Assembly (NCBI GenBank): GCA_038889075.1
Contig: JAWAHS010000009.1
Coordinates: 1-58,341 of the forward strand
Source of the DNA: Ignisphaera sp.
GTDB lineage: Archaea; Thermoproteota; Thermoprotei_A; Sulfolobales; Ignisphaeraceae
Direction: 5' to 3'
Length of the DNA stretch: 58,341 bases
Below the pieces are notes generated by a model. The model was not told where the DNA came from, searched no databases, and saw only the letters and a program-made list of their open reading frames with translations. A program made the translations under genes and the position numbers. This document shows positions 18,384 to 27,419 of the stretch, in pieces (within the stretch, counting starts at the first letter, position 1; the number at the start of each line of letters is the position of its first letter).

Positions 18384-19442
18384 CTAGACCAAACCCTTTT
18401 TAACAATAACTTCAGCTATAAGTACACCAGTCCCTGCAGCACCCCTTAATGTATTATGTCCGAGGACTACGTATTTGACCCCATTTAATGCATAATCCCT
18501 TCTCACCCTTCCGACAACAACACTCATGCCCCCTCCTTCCATTCTATCAAATCTTGGCTGAGGTCTATCAATCTCTCTTCTAACCACAATGGGTCTTTCC
18601 GGAGCTGTGGGAAGGCCTAGACCCCTTATCTTATTGGTCTTAAACTCTTCCATAGATTTCACTAAATTCTCAATATCTACATCTCTTTCAGTTTCAACAA
18701 AAACGGCCTCCGTATGCCCCTCTAACACCATTACTCTATGACAACTTGCCGATACAGTGAAACCAGCATTTAGTTCTATTCCACTAGATTTCAGATCTCC
18801 TAATATCTTTCTAGATTCATTCTCTACTTTTTCCTCTTCACCTTCTATAAATGGTATCAAGTTATCCAGTATGAACATGGATGGCACTCCAGTTAGACCT
18901 GCCCCAGAAATGGCTTGCATCGTCGATACAATGACTCTTTTAATACCAAATTCATCCAGTATAGGTTTTAGTGAAAGAGTTAATATAGCAGTCGTACAAT
19001 TGGGGACTTTGATGATAGCTCCATTCCAGTTCCTGATTCTACGTTGATATTCTATAACTTCTATATGGTCAGCATTAACCTCAGGATTGATTAACGGTAT
19101 ATCTGGTTCAAGCCGCATCGGGCTGGAATTGGATACGATAACCACCCCTTTTTTCGCCAATTCGATTTCTATTTCTCTAGCTATTTCAGCTGGAAGTGCT
19201 GTAAATGCAATATCAATGTTCTCTTTTACTATATCGCTTGATATGGGGGATAGTTCAATGTCAGAGACACTCTTTGGTATAGGTTTTTCAACAACCCATT
19301 TAACGGCTTCGCAATATTTCTTACCTATATTTCTCTCTGATGCTGCTACAATAGCTAGTTCGAACCACGGATGTTCTCCTAATAGAGATACAAATCTCTG
19401 ACCTACAATTCCTGTAGCACCTAGTACGGCTACACGTTTCAC
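18384..19442 (-). CDS. asd: Aspartate-semialdehyde dehydrogenase (archaeal type)
   Basis: GATGIVGQ, PNCTT catalytic Cys, QAISGAG, GHNTLRGAAG. Confidence 0.95.
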   Translation of the reverse strand: MKRVAVLGATGIVGQRFVSLLGEHPWFELAIVAASERNIGKKYCEAVKWVVEKPIPKSVSDIELSPISSDIVKENIDIAFTALPAEIAREIEIELAKKGVVIVSNSSPMRLEPDIPLINPEVNADHIEVIEYQRRIRNWNGAIIKVPNCTTAILTLSLKPILDEFGIKRVIVSTMQAISGAGLTGVPSMFILDNLIPFIEGEEEKVENESRKILGDLKSSGIELNAGFTVSASCHRVMVLEGHTEAVFVETERDVDIENLVKSMEEFKTNKIRGLGLPTAPERPIVVRREIDRPQPRFDRMEGGGMSVVVGRVRRDYALNGVKYVVLGHNTLRGAAGTGVLIAEVIVKKGLV

Positions 19443-20578
19443 CTCTCATCACCTTCAAACAATTCCCTATGAAGTAGGGAGAGGAGCTTAAATTCGTATG
19501 TAGGACTAACGTATATTAGTAGCGATGGTCTATATATATATGACTGCACACCTAGCACATCCATGCCATTCTCATCAATTACTTCGAGAACTCTTCTTAT
19601 AAACCGTGTTGTTGAAGTTCCTTCGCCAACGATAGCTATATATGGCATGTTCTGCGTCGACCTATTCATAACCACTTTAGGTCCCCAGAGCTCTCTTGGA
19701 ATTTCTTTAACTATTTCAGTTCCAAACCTAGACCATGAACCTATAACTAATTTAGAGCTATAGAATTTCTCCAAAGGTTCGAACGCTTTAGGATTAATTC
19801 TCTTTGCACCGTGAAGGGCAGCTTCAAGGGACTCTCTATAGCTCATAACTTTAACAAGTTTAGCGGTTTTAATAGTATCCGGATCGGTAGTCATTATACC
19901 ATCGACATCTGTTACCAGGTATACTCTATCAATATTCAGCAGTGAGGCTATCGCTGTTGCTGTATAGTCAGAGCCTCCCCTGCCAAGGGTTGTTATTCTA
20001 CCATCCATAGTAGCTCCTATAAAACCCTCTACTACAGGGATTGCAGGATTGTCAATAATAGACGAGTATAGTTTCTCGAGATTAGCAGATGTTGAAATGT
20101 AGTCGATTGAAGCATCACTAAAGTTTTCATTAGTTACAATTAGATCATTTGCATGAAGTTCAAGTGCATTGACACCGATAGATTCAAGGGCACCGACCAT
20201 TAATATCTTACTTATTCTCTCGCCAAATGATAATAACAAATCGTATATAGATAGATCAACACCACCTCCACCTATAGCGTTAGCAACCGTTTTCAATCGT
20301 TTAAGTTCTTCTTCTACCCTCCTAATAATTTTTACGCTGTTCAATTCTCTAGCTATTTCTAGATACTTTTCGTTTACATAATTTAGTGCATTTTGAGAAC
20401 CTTTAGCGACCTCTATGAGTTTATCAGTTATACCCTTTGCAGCAGAGACAACTATTATTGTTTTATACCCATTTTCAATGAATATCTCTTTAATCTTTTG
20501 GGCTGAATATAAATATGATTTAGAGTCCTTTAATAATGAGCCTCCTATTTTAGTTACACACAATTGCTTACCATTCAT
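19439..20578 (-). CDS. lysC: Aspartate kinase
   Basis: KIGGS, VVSA, GER, TTLGRGGSDYTA, TDVDG; start ATG 20578 after GGTGA. Confidence 0.92.
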   Translation of the reverse strand: MNGKQLCVTKIGGSLLKDSKSYLYSAQKIKEIFIENGYKTIIVVSAAKGITDKLIEVAKGSQNALNYVNEKYLEIARELNSVKIIRRVEEELKRLKTVANAIGGGGVDLSIYDLLLSFGERISKILMVGALESIGVNALELHANDLIVTNENFSDASIDYISTSANLEKLYSSIIDNPAIPVVEGFIGATMDGRITTLGRGGSDYTATAIASLLNIDRVYLVTDVDGIMTTDPDTIKTAKLVKVMSYRESLEAALHGAKRINPKAFEPLEKFYSSKLVIGSWSRFGTEIVKEIPRELWGPKVVMNRSTQNMPYIAIVGEGTSTTRFIRRVLEVIDENGMDVLGVQSYIYRPSLLIYVSPTYEFKLLSLLHRELFEGDER

Positions 20579-20592
20579 ATAGTTCACCTATT

Positions 20593-21621
20593 TCAAAGAT
20601 ATTCCATAGCAATTGAAAGGATATCATCTAAAACAGAGTGTGCGGTCTCCATACTACCACCACCTTTACCTATAAATACAACCTCCGTTGCATCACTCCG
20701 TATTCTAACACCATTCATTATACCATTTATCTGCGCAAATAGGTCGCTCTTCGGAATCCTGACAACTCTTATTGACGCTTTTCTTCCACGGATATCAAAG
20801 GAGGCTATTGACTTTAAAACGCATCCCTGTCTAACAGCATCAATAACATCCTTTAGTGTAATACCAGATATACTCTCTTTGTAAATCTCTTCTATTGTTA
20901 TCGGCTTTTCCAATACATTTGATATGATCACCAACTTTGCAGCAGCATCTATACCATCTATATCTAGTGCCGGATTAGCTTCCGCAACTCCAAGTGCCTG
21001 GGCTCTTTTAAGAGCATCATTGAAGTCTATGAGTCTTTCATGCATTTCAGTTAATATGAAATTAGAGGTAGCATTTACTATACCTTCAACTTTCTCGATA
21101 TCATGGCTTCTCATATTCATTAGTGTTTCTATAAATGGTGTTCCGCCTAGAACTGTAGCTCTAAACTTTATTTTTACACCCTTTGATAAGGCTCTGGATA
21201 CAATTTCTCTATATCTTAGTACAAGTGGTGCTTTATTTGCGGTAACGACATGGGCACCTCTATCGATAGCGTAGACTATGTTTGAAACACCAGGTTCTCC
21301 TGAAATATACTCAGATGGTGTTAGCTCTATATGAATCTCTGGTTGGGTATTATCATAGAGGACATCTAAATCAACCCCTTGATATGCATAGGGTTTAAAC
21401 AGATTTACCCCAGACCTCGGCAATTCGCAAAGTTTTAGTAGCTCATATTCATCAAACCCTTCGGCTTTTAATGCCATTCCTTTAGAATCTGCAACACCGA
21501 CTACATCTATTAGAATACCATACTTACTGCTAATTATCTTTCTTTTTAAAGCTATTACTCTTGCTAGAGCTCTTCCAACAGATCCAAAACCTATTAATGC
21601 TATTTTTACTTTTCTATCCAT
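20593..21621 (-). CDS. hom: Homoserine dehydrogenase
   Basis: GFGSVG, VVTANK, GIVNATSNFIL, AEANPALDIDGIDAAAKL, ETAHSVLDD. Confidence 0.93.
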   Translation of the reverse strand: MDRKVKIALIGFGSVGRALARVIALKRKIISSKYGILIDVVGVADSKGMALKAEGFDEYELLKLCELPRSGVNLFKPYAYQGVDLDVLYDNTQPEIHIELTPSEYISGEPGVSNIVYAIDRGAHVVTANKAPLVLRYREIVSRALSKGVKIKFRATVLGGTPFIETLMNMRSHDIEKVEGIVNATSNFILTEMHERLIDFNDALKRAQALGVAEANPALDIDGIDAAAKLVIISNVLEKPITIEEIYKESISGITLKDVIDAVRQGCVLKSIASFDIRGRKASIRVVRIPKSDLFAQINGIMNGVRIRSDATEVVFIGKGGGSMETAHSVLDDILSIAMEYL

Positions 21622-22582
21622 ATGTTTTCACCTCGATAACTTCAACACCCGATTCGGATAAATGTGAAACAATATACTCGCAATCCACACCCTTGTTGAT
21701 GAGAAATTCCATTAGTTTTTTACCAACATATCGAGCCTCTTCCGATGTTCTATGTATTGAGAATACAGAAGGACCTGCACCACTTATATTAAAACCTAGT
21801 GCGCCATACTCAAATGCAAGCTTCTTAAGCTCATAGTAATAGGGTATCATTTTAGCCCTATAAGGTTCGACAACAAAGTCCGTCGATACAGCCTCGCCAA
21901 ATAGCTCTACATCACTACTAAATAGAGCATAGATCAGTTTTGCAAGTGAAGAAGACTGTCTGGTGTGCATATCTAGATCTATTTGTTTTGGTAATAAAGA
22001 TCTTGCGTATCCAGTCTTTTTTCCACTTGTAAGCTCGTGAAGCTTTGGAACAACTATAGCTATATTAAACTTCATATGAGGTCTAAAGCTGTATACCCTA
22101 TTTTTATTAATATCAACAATAATAAAGCCGCCAAAGAGGCTTGCAGCAACATTATCATAGTGGGGAGAACCAGTAGCATATGCCTCACCCAATCCTGATA
22201 GATATAAAAGCTCGCCATCAGATAGATTTAACCCAAAGAGCTTAGATAACGCAAAGGCAGTAGCAGCAGAAGTCGCACCTGAGCTTCCTAAACCAGAAGC
22301 GGGGGGAATACCTTTAATAACCCTAATGTATAAATCAACATCCCTTATACGGTATTTCTCCATAAATCCCTTTGCAACAGCATAAGCAACATTTTGAGCA
22401 CCTGATGGAACATTGAACCCTTCGGAAGCAACGTGTATACTACCATTTCCAGTAGTAGAGGAAATCTCTACCACATCATAGAGTCCAGAAATAGCTATAG
22501 CTAGAATATCGAACCCTGGACCTAGGTTAGCTATGGAACCTGGGGCTTTAACGATGACATGTTTAGCTGCATCATCCCTCAC
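21614..22582 (-). CDS. thrB: Homoserine kinase (GHMP)
   Basis: APGSIANLGPGFD, GIPPASGLGSSGA, HYDN, ISGAGPS. Confidence 0.93.
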   Translation of the reverse strand: MRDDAAKHVIVKAPGSIANLGPGFDILAIAISGLYDVVEISSTTGNGSIHVASEGFNVPSGAQNVAYAVAKGFMEKYRIRDVDLYIRVIKGIPPASGLGSSGATSAATAFALSKLFGLNLSDGELLYLSGLGEAYATGSPHYDNVAASLFGGFIIVDINKNRVYSFRPHMKFNIAIVVPKLHELTSGKKTGYARSLLPKQIDLDMHTRQSSSLAKLIYALFSSDVELFGEAVSTDFVVEPYRAKMIPYYYELKKLAFEYGALGFNISGAGPSVFSIHRTSEEARYVGKKLMEFLINKGVDCEYIVSHLSESGVEVIEVKTYG

Positions 22583-22587
22583 CTCAG

Positions 22588-22605
22588 CTATAGTGTTTGG
22601 CGCAT
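22588..22605 (-). other. Candidate uORF M-R-Q-T-L in front of thrB
   Basis: GAGGTGG SD, 5 nt, then ATG CGC CAA ACA CTA TAG; the thrB frame is -1 and open across it. Confidence 0.55.
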
Positions 22606-22657
22606 TACATCCACCTCTAAAGGTTTAGATGTTGTAAACAATAAACAGAGTACAGTG

Positions 22658-22665
22658 TTTAAAAA
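22658..22665 (-). promoter_or_regulatory. BRE/TATA of thrB-hom-lysC-asd
   Basis: GGAAAAA-TTTTTAAA upstream of the leader. Confidence 0.55.
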
Positions 22666-22685
22666 TTTTTCCCCTCTGGTCTAAT

Positions 22686-23108
22686 TTAGACCCAGGTTCT
22701 CAGTACAATCATGGTATATGTACTCACCACTCCTGGGATCGACCTTATCTCATCTATAAATTTATTGATCATATCAACGCCACTTGCCCTAGCTACTACA
22801 ATTATGTCGTACTCCCCCGTAACTTCATACACAAAATCGACACCCGCAATCTTCATGATATTTCTAGATATTTCAGGTACAGGTACAGGCGGCTGGGATT
22901 TAACGAGGATTACAGCCTTTACCTCGTTTCCAAGGTCATACTCTATGGTCATCTTCTTTATAATACCCATCTTTACTAACTTAGATATACGTTTTCTAAC
23001 GGCAGACTCGCTTATTCCGAGTTCTTTTGCCAATCGTGAATAGGGTGTTCTAGCATTCTCTTTAAGAAGCTTCAACAACTTTATGTCAATATCGTCAAGT
23101 GTGGGCAT
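22686..23108 (-). CDS. lysM: Lrp/AsnC family regulator LysM
   Basis: LDDIDIKLL..NARTPYSRLAKELGISESAVRKRI HTH, VYEVTGEYD RAM domain; lysYZM gene order as in Sulfolobus. Confidence 0.85.
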   Translation of the reverse strand: MPTLDDIDIKLLKLLKENARTPYSRLAKELGISESAVRKRISKLVKMGIIKKMTIEYDLGNEVKAVILVKSQPPVPVPEISRNIMKIAGVDFVYEVTGEYDIIVVARASGVDMINKFIDEIRSIPGVVSTYTMIVLRTWV

Positions 23109-23112
23109 TCTC

Positions 23113-23916
23113 TCATCCTCTAATAATACTAGTACCTCTACCTTTTAGTGCATTTGTTACGGGAGCATCGATATTGCCTTGAGCTATGATAATCTTTCCT
23201 ACACCCCCTTCTAAAGCTTTTTCAGCCATGATAACCTTTCTATTCATTCCAGGGCCAATTTTCTCTACAATTTTATCAATTTCACTGGTTCTGATTTCTT
23301 TAACAATATTGTTGTCTATTATAACGCCATCAACATCTGTCAATACAACTAATTCCTCAGCTTTTAAAGCCGATGCAATTGTATATGCAGCTTGATCGCC
23401 ATCCACATTTAGTAGTACTCCTTCATTATCTATAGCTATAGGTGCTACAACAACTATATAGTTTCTATCAAGTAGTATATTGATTAATTCAGTCTCAACG
23501 CTAATTACTCTACCTGTGTACCCACCATCTATTACTCTCCTTCTACCCCGCTCATCTACTATTACAATACGTTTCTTTCTCTCGGCTAATAAAGTAGGGC
23601 CGTCAGCTCCGGTTATACCTACAGCTCTACATCCAAGAGCTCTAAATTTGGATACTATCAACTTATTTATCTTACCGGCCATAACCATTACATAGACCTC
23701 GAGTTCCCTCTCATCAGTATATCTACTTCTAATACCCTCAGGAGACATGACGAATCTCGGTTCTATTCCAAGCCTTTTACTAACTTCACTAACAATATCT
23801 CCACCACCATGTATTAGCACTATCCTTTTTTCTCTTGAGAGCTCAGCAAGGTCTTTTACAACACTGTCAATGCTATTGCTTAATACCCGTCCACCAACCT
23901 TAACGACTATAACCAT
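23113..23916 (-). CDS. lysZ: [LysW]-aminoadipate/glutamate kinase (LysZ/ArgB)
   Basis: VVKVGG, HGGG, SRYTD, GGYTG, NVDGD, GMNRK. Confidence 0.92.
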   Translation of the reverse strand: MVIVVKVGGRVLSNSIDSVVKDLAELSREKRIVLIHGGGDIVSEVSKRLGIEPRFVMSPEGIRSRYTDERELEVYVMVMAGKINKLIVSKFRALGCRAVGITGADGPTLLAERKKRIVIVDERGRRRVIDGGYTGRVISVETELINILLDRNYIVVVAPIAIDNEGVLLNVDGDQAAYTIASALKAEELVVLTDVDGVIIDNNIVKEIRTSEIDKIVEKIGPGMNRKVIMAEKALEGGVGKIIIAQGNIDAPVTNALKGRGTSIIRG

Positions 23917-23928
23917 GGCTTCTGGCCT

Positions 23929-24987
23929 CTATATGGGTTTTGGAGGTACCAATGTAAGTCCGGCTGTCTCTTCGAATCCTTTTGCAATGTTAAAAGCCTG
24001 TATAGCTTGTCCAGCAGCTCCCTTCATTAGATTATCTATTGCTGCGAAAGATGTAATTCTATTCAATCTTCTTTCGATAGCAAAGCCTATATCGGCAAAG
24101 TTGCTTCCAGTTACATACTTAGGGTCAGGATAACCAGGTGGTACCCTATATACTATTCGTATAAATGGTTCACCCTTGTATGTGTTTACGTAGTATTTTA
24201 GCAACTCTGCATCATCTAAGCTATTTATGAGCCAGGCATGTGATGAGGCTAGGGCACCCCTTATACTTCCTACAGCATGTGGAATCAGCGATACCTTGAT
24301 TTCATGACCAGCTACAGTACTGAGTTCTTGTTCAACCTCAGCAGCATGTCTATGTCCTTCAGCATCATATGGTCTTATACACCCTTCTCTCTCAGGATGG
24401 TGATCGGAGATGGAAGGCTTTGAACCAGCTTCACTACTACCTACCTTTACATCCACTATTATTCTGTCTGTGTAGATTATTCTATTCTTAACTAGGGGTA
24501 TCAGTGATAGTATAGCGGCTGTAGCATTGCATCCTGGTACAGCTATAAGCTTGGCGCCTGTTAATTCGCTTCTATGGAGTTCAGGTAAACCATAGACAGC
24601 CTTTTTAATCAAGTCTTGATATGGATGTTCATAGCCATACCAAGTCTTGTACGCTTCGGGGCTCTTCAACCTGAAGTCAGCACTCAGATCTACTATAGTC
24701 AATCCGGCTTCATATAGCTTCGGAACGTAGTTTAATGATACACCATGTGGAAGTGATAGAAAAACAGCGTCGCATTTCTTTAAGATGGCATCTAGATTGA
24801 AGTCGGAGAATTTAAGATTTCTATATACACCCCGTAGATTGAAATGAACATAGTGTAAAGGTTTGCCCACGTATTCCCTAGATGTTGCTATAGCCACTTC
24901 TACATAGGGATGTATAGCTAATAGCCTGAGTAGCTCACCTCCAGTATACCCAGATGCACCCGCTATACATACGCTTATTTTACCCAT
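23929..24987 (-). CDS. lysY: [LysW]-aminoadipyl/glutamyl-phosphate reductase (LysY/ArgC)
   Basis: GASGYTGGE, DLSADFRL, PGCNAT, GSSEAG, HRHAAE, IDNLMKGAAGQA. Confidence 0.93.
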   Translation of the reverse strand: MGKISVCIAGASGYTGGELLRLLAIHPYVEVAIATSREYVGKPLHYVHFNLRGVYRNLKFSDFNLDAILKKCDAVFLSLPHGVSLNYVPKLYEAGLTIVDLSADFRLKSPEAYKTWYGYEHPYQDLIKKAVYGLPELHRSELTGAKLIAVPGCNATAAILSLIPLVKNRIIYTDRIIVDVKVGSSEAGSKPSISDHHPEREGCIRPYDAEGHRHAAEVEQELSTVAGHEIKVSLIPHAVGSIRGALASSHAWLINSLDDAELLKYYVNTYKGEPFIRIVYRVPPGYPDPKYVTGSNFADIGFAIERRLNRITSFAAIDNLMKGAAGQAIQAFNIAKGFEETAGLTLVPPKPI

Positions 24988-25211
24988 TCAATATTCACCT
25001 ACTTACCTAGGTAACAGTAGGTGCAAACTTAACTAATACTCCGCATATCCTTTGGTGCGGTTTCAAATAATCAGTGTATGTAGATGGTACTGAATTCGGC
25101 TAGAACTATACATCAGAGAGTACATAGCATTTACGGTATTATATATATCCCCAGTATAGTACCAGACTTTTTATCAAAACTCGAATCCCTATAAATAATG
25201 GTGAGCTATAA

Positions 25212-25382
25212 ATGGTAGTAGTCAAATGCCCTGTCTGTGGTGGTGAAGTACTGTTACCAGATGATGTTATAGCAGGGGAGATAGTGGAACATGAATGTGG
25301 GGTAACACTTGAGGTTGTGGTTGATAACGATACAGTAAAGGTAAAGCCTTTTGAAGGAATTAGTGAAGATTGGGGAGAATAG
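25212..25382 (+). CDS. lysW: Amino-group carrier protein LysW
   Basis: 56 aa MVVVKCPVCGG...EHECG...EDWGE*; zinc ribbon and invariant C-terminal EDWGE; missed by the ORF track. Confidence 0.97.
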   Translation: MVVVKCPVCGGEVLLPDDVIAGEIVEHECGVTLEVVVDNDTVKVKPFEGISEDWGE

Positions 25383-25396
25383 AGGAGGTGAGGTTT

Positions 25397-26260
25397 ATTG
25401 CCAAAGTTGGTATAGCATATGAGGTTCTCAGGTGGGAAGAAAAAGCACTAGCCGATGTAGCAAAAGAGCTTAACCTCGATATAGATCTCCTTCATATACA
25501 CTCTCTCCAGCTTTTAGTTGGATACAATGGACTATCCACATCATCTAGCATGGATGTTGATATAGTTTTACAGAGAGCTATAAGTCACACAACAGCATTG
25601 AATGTTACTCTAGCTCTTGAGTCGATGGGTCTAAGAGTTATTAATACGTCGAATGCTACAGCAATGGCTATGAATAAACTCTGGACAGCATCAATATTGG
25701 CAAGGGCTGGTATAAAAATTCCTAGGACGGCTATAGCATTTAGTGAGGAATCGTGCTATAAATCAGCACAACTCCTAGGGTATCCTATTGTTGTAAAGCC
25801 TATCGATGGTAGTTGGGGGAGATTGATAGCTATGGCTAGAGATGATGAAGAACTCAGGGCAATACTTGAACACAGGATATATATACCAAATCCTACAATG
25901 AAGGTTCACATGGTGCAGGAGTATGTAAAGAAGCCAGGAAGGGATATACGAATCTTTGTAGTTGGTGATGAAACCCCTGCAGCAATCTATAGGATCAGTA
26001 ATCACTGGATAACAAATACAGCAAGAGGAGGAAAAGCAGTAGCAGCAAAAATAGATGCTGAGCTTAGTGAACTGGCATTAAAAACCGCTAGGTTAATTGG
26101 AATAGAGGTAGCGGGTATAGATGTATTTGAGGACCCTGAAAGGGGATATGTAGTAAATGAAATAAATGCCGTACCGGAATTTAAGAATACGGTAGCTGCA
26201 ACGGGTATTCAGCTCCATAGAAATATAATGGAGTATATAAAGAATCAGGTGAGAAGGTAA
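25397..26260 (+). CDS. lysX: ATP-grasp LysW ligase (LysX/ArgX, RimK family); start uncertain (ATT 25397, GTG 25388, TTG 25370 or via uORF)
   Basis: KPIDGSWGR, QEYV, RDIR, IYR..HWITNTARGG, EINAVPEFKN. Confidence 0.92.
   Translation: MAKVGIAYEVLRWEEKALADVAKELNLDIDLLHIHSLQLLVGYNGLSTSSSMDVDIVLQRAISHTTALNVTLALESMGLRVINTSNATAMAMNKLWTASILARAGIKIPRTAIAFSEESCYKSAQLLGYPIVVKPIDGSWGRLIAMARDDEELRAILEHRIYIPNPTMKVHMVQEYVKKPGRDIRIFVVGDETPAAIYRISNHWITNTARGGKAVAAKIDAELSELALKTARLIGIEVAGIDVFEDPERGYVVNEINAVPEFKNTVAATGIQLHRNIMEYIKNQVRR
25398..25415 (+). other. Candidate uORF M-P-K-L-V overlapping the lysX start
   Basis: GGAGGTGAGG SD then TTG CCA AAG TTG GTA TAG; the lysX frame is -1. Confidence 0.4.
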
Positions 26261-26261
26261 A

Positions 26262-27419
26262 TTGCTAAAATACCTTATGTTTTATGAAGATAGAGGTATT
26301 GAGATAAGCTATGCGGAGGGGCAATACGTATGGGATTCAAATGGCAAAAAATACCTAGATATGCACACAGGTCACGGTGTAGCATTTTTAGGTCATAGAC
26401 ATCCACATATAGTAAAATCGATTGTGGAACAGTTAAACAGAGTTTCAATACTATCAACAGCATTCAGACATAGAGTAAGAGATGAAATGCTTGACGTACT
26501 CTCTAAAATTGTGCCAAATAAATTCGAATATGTGTACCTATTGAATAGTGGAAGCGAGGCTGTCGACTTTTCACTTAAGGTTGCTAGAAAAGTTACGGGT
26601 AAAAAGAAGATTATCTATTTCACAAATTCATTCCATGGAAGAACATTTGGAGCTTTATCCGTAACCGCTAACTCCAAATATAGAAAAGGGTTTGAACCGC
26701 TACTTCCAGAAACATATCAATTAAGATACAACGATCTATCTGAGGTAGATAAAAATATAGATGATAACACAGCTGCGGTGATAGTTGAGCTTATACAGGG
26801 TGAAGGTGGAGTAAACATAGCTACGAAAGAGTTCGTATCAATACTTAGAGAAAAAAGTGTTGAAAAGGGAGCTATTCTAGTAGTAGATGAGATACAGACC
26901 GGATTTGGAAGAACTGGTACAATATGGCTGTTCGAACAGTATGGTATTGTACCAGATATTCTACTAGCTGGAAAATCTATGGGTGGAGGCTTTCCAGTCA
27001 GTGCAGCATTTATGTCAAGCGATATTGCCTCTAAATTAGAAGCTGGTTGCCATGGTTCAACATACGGTGGAAATCCAATTGCATGTGCTGCTATTAAAGC
27101 ATCAACAGAGGTTTTGATAGGTGAAAACGTACCTCAGCAGGCGTGGATAAAAGGATCTAAATTGATTAGTAGGTTGAGAGAGGATCTGGAGAAGTATAGA
27201 ATTGTAAAGGAGGTTAGAGGTGCAGGGCTCATGATAGGTATTGATCTTAGGGTAGAGCCTACAAAAATTATAAAATGTCTTCAGGATGAAGGCCTTTTAG
27301 CATTAAAGGCAGGTCTAACTGTACTACGGCTTCTACCTCCCTATAATATTAGTGATGAAGATATCGAATTTACAGTGAATAGAATTGGAGGATGCATCTC
27401 TAAACAATTTAGCAATTGA
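26262..27419 (+). CDS. lysJ: [LysW]-semialdehyde transaminase (LysJ/ArgD), class III
   Basis: NSGSEA, FHGRT, IQGEGG, DEIQTGFGRTG, GKSMGGG, HGSTYGGNP. Confidence 0.92.
   Translation: MLKYLMFYEDRGIEISYAEGQYVWDSNGKKYLDMHTGHGVAFLGHRHPHIVKSIVEQLNRVSILSTAFRHRVRDEMLDVLSKIVPNKFEYVYLLNSGSEAVDFSLKVARKVTGKKKIIYFTNSFHGRTFGALSVTANSKYRKGFEPLLPETYQLRYNDLSEVDKNIDDNTAAVIVELIQGEGGVNIATKEFVSILREKSVEKGAILVVDEIQTGFGRTGTIWLFEQYGIVPDILLAGKSMGGGFPVSAAFMSSDIASKLEAGCHGSTYGGNPIACAAIKASTEVLIGENVPQQAWIKGSKLISRLREDLEKYRIVKEVRGAGLMIGIDLRVEPTKIIKCLQDEGLLALKAGLTVLRLLPPYNISDEDIEFTVNRIGGCISKQFSN

Noticed and set aside
24980-25046. Short ORFs upstream of lysY (TTG AAT GGG TAA; ATG CGG AGT ATT AGT TAA)
   Set aside because: The lysY ATG is at ideal SD spacing; the first ORF has no cognate codon and the second probably lies upstream of the TSS
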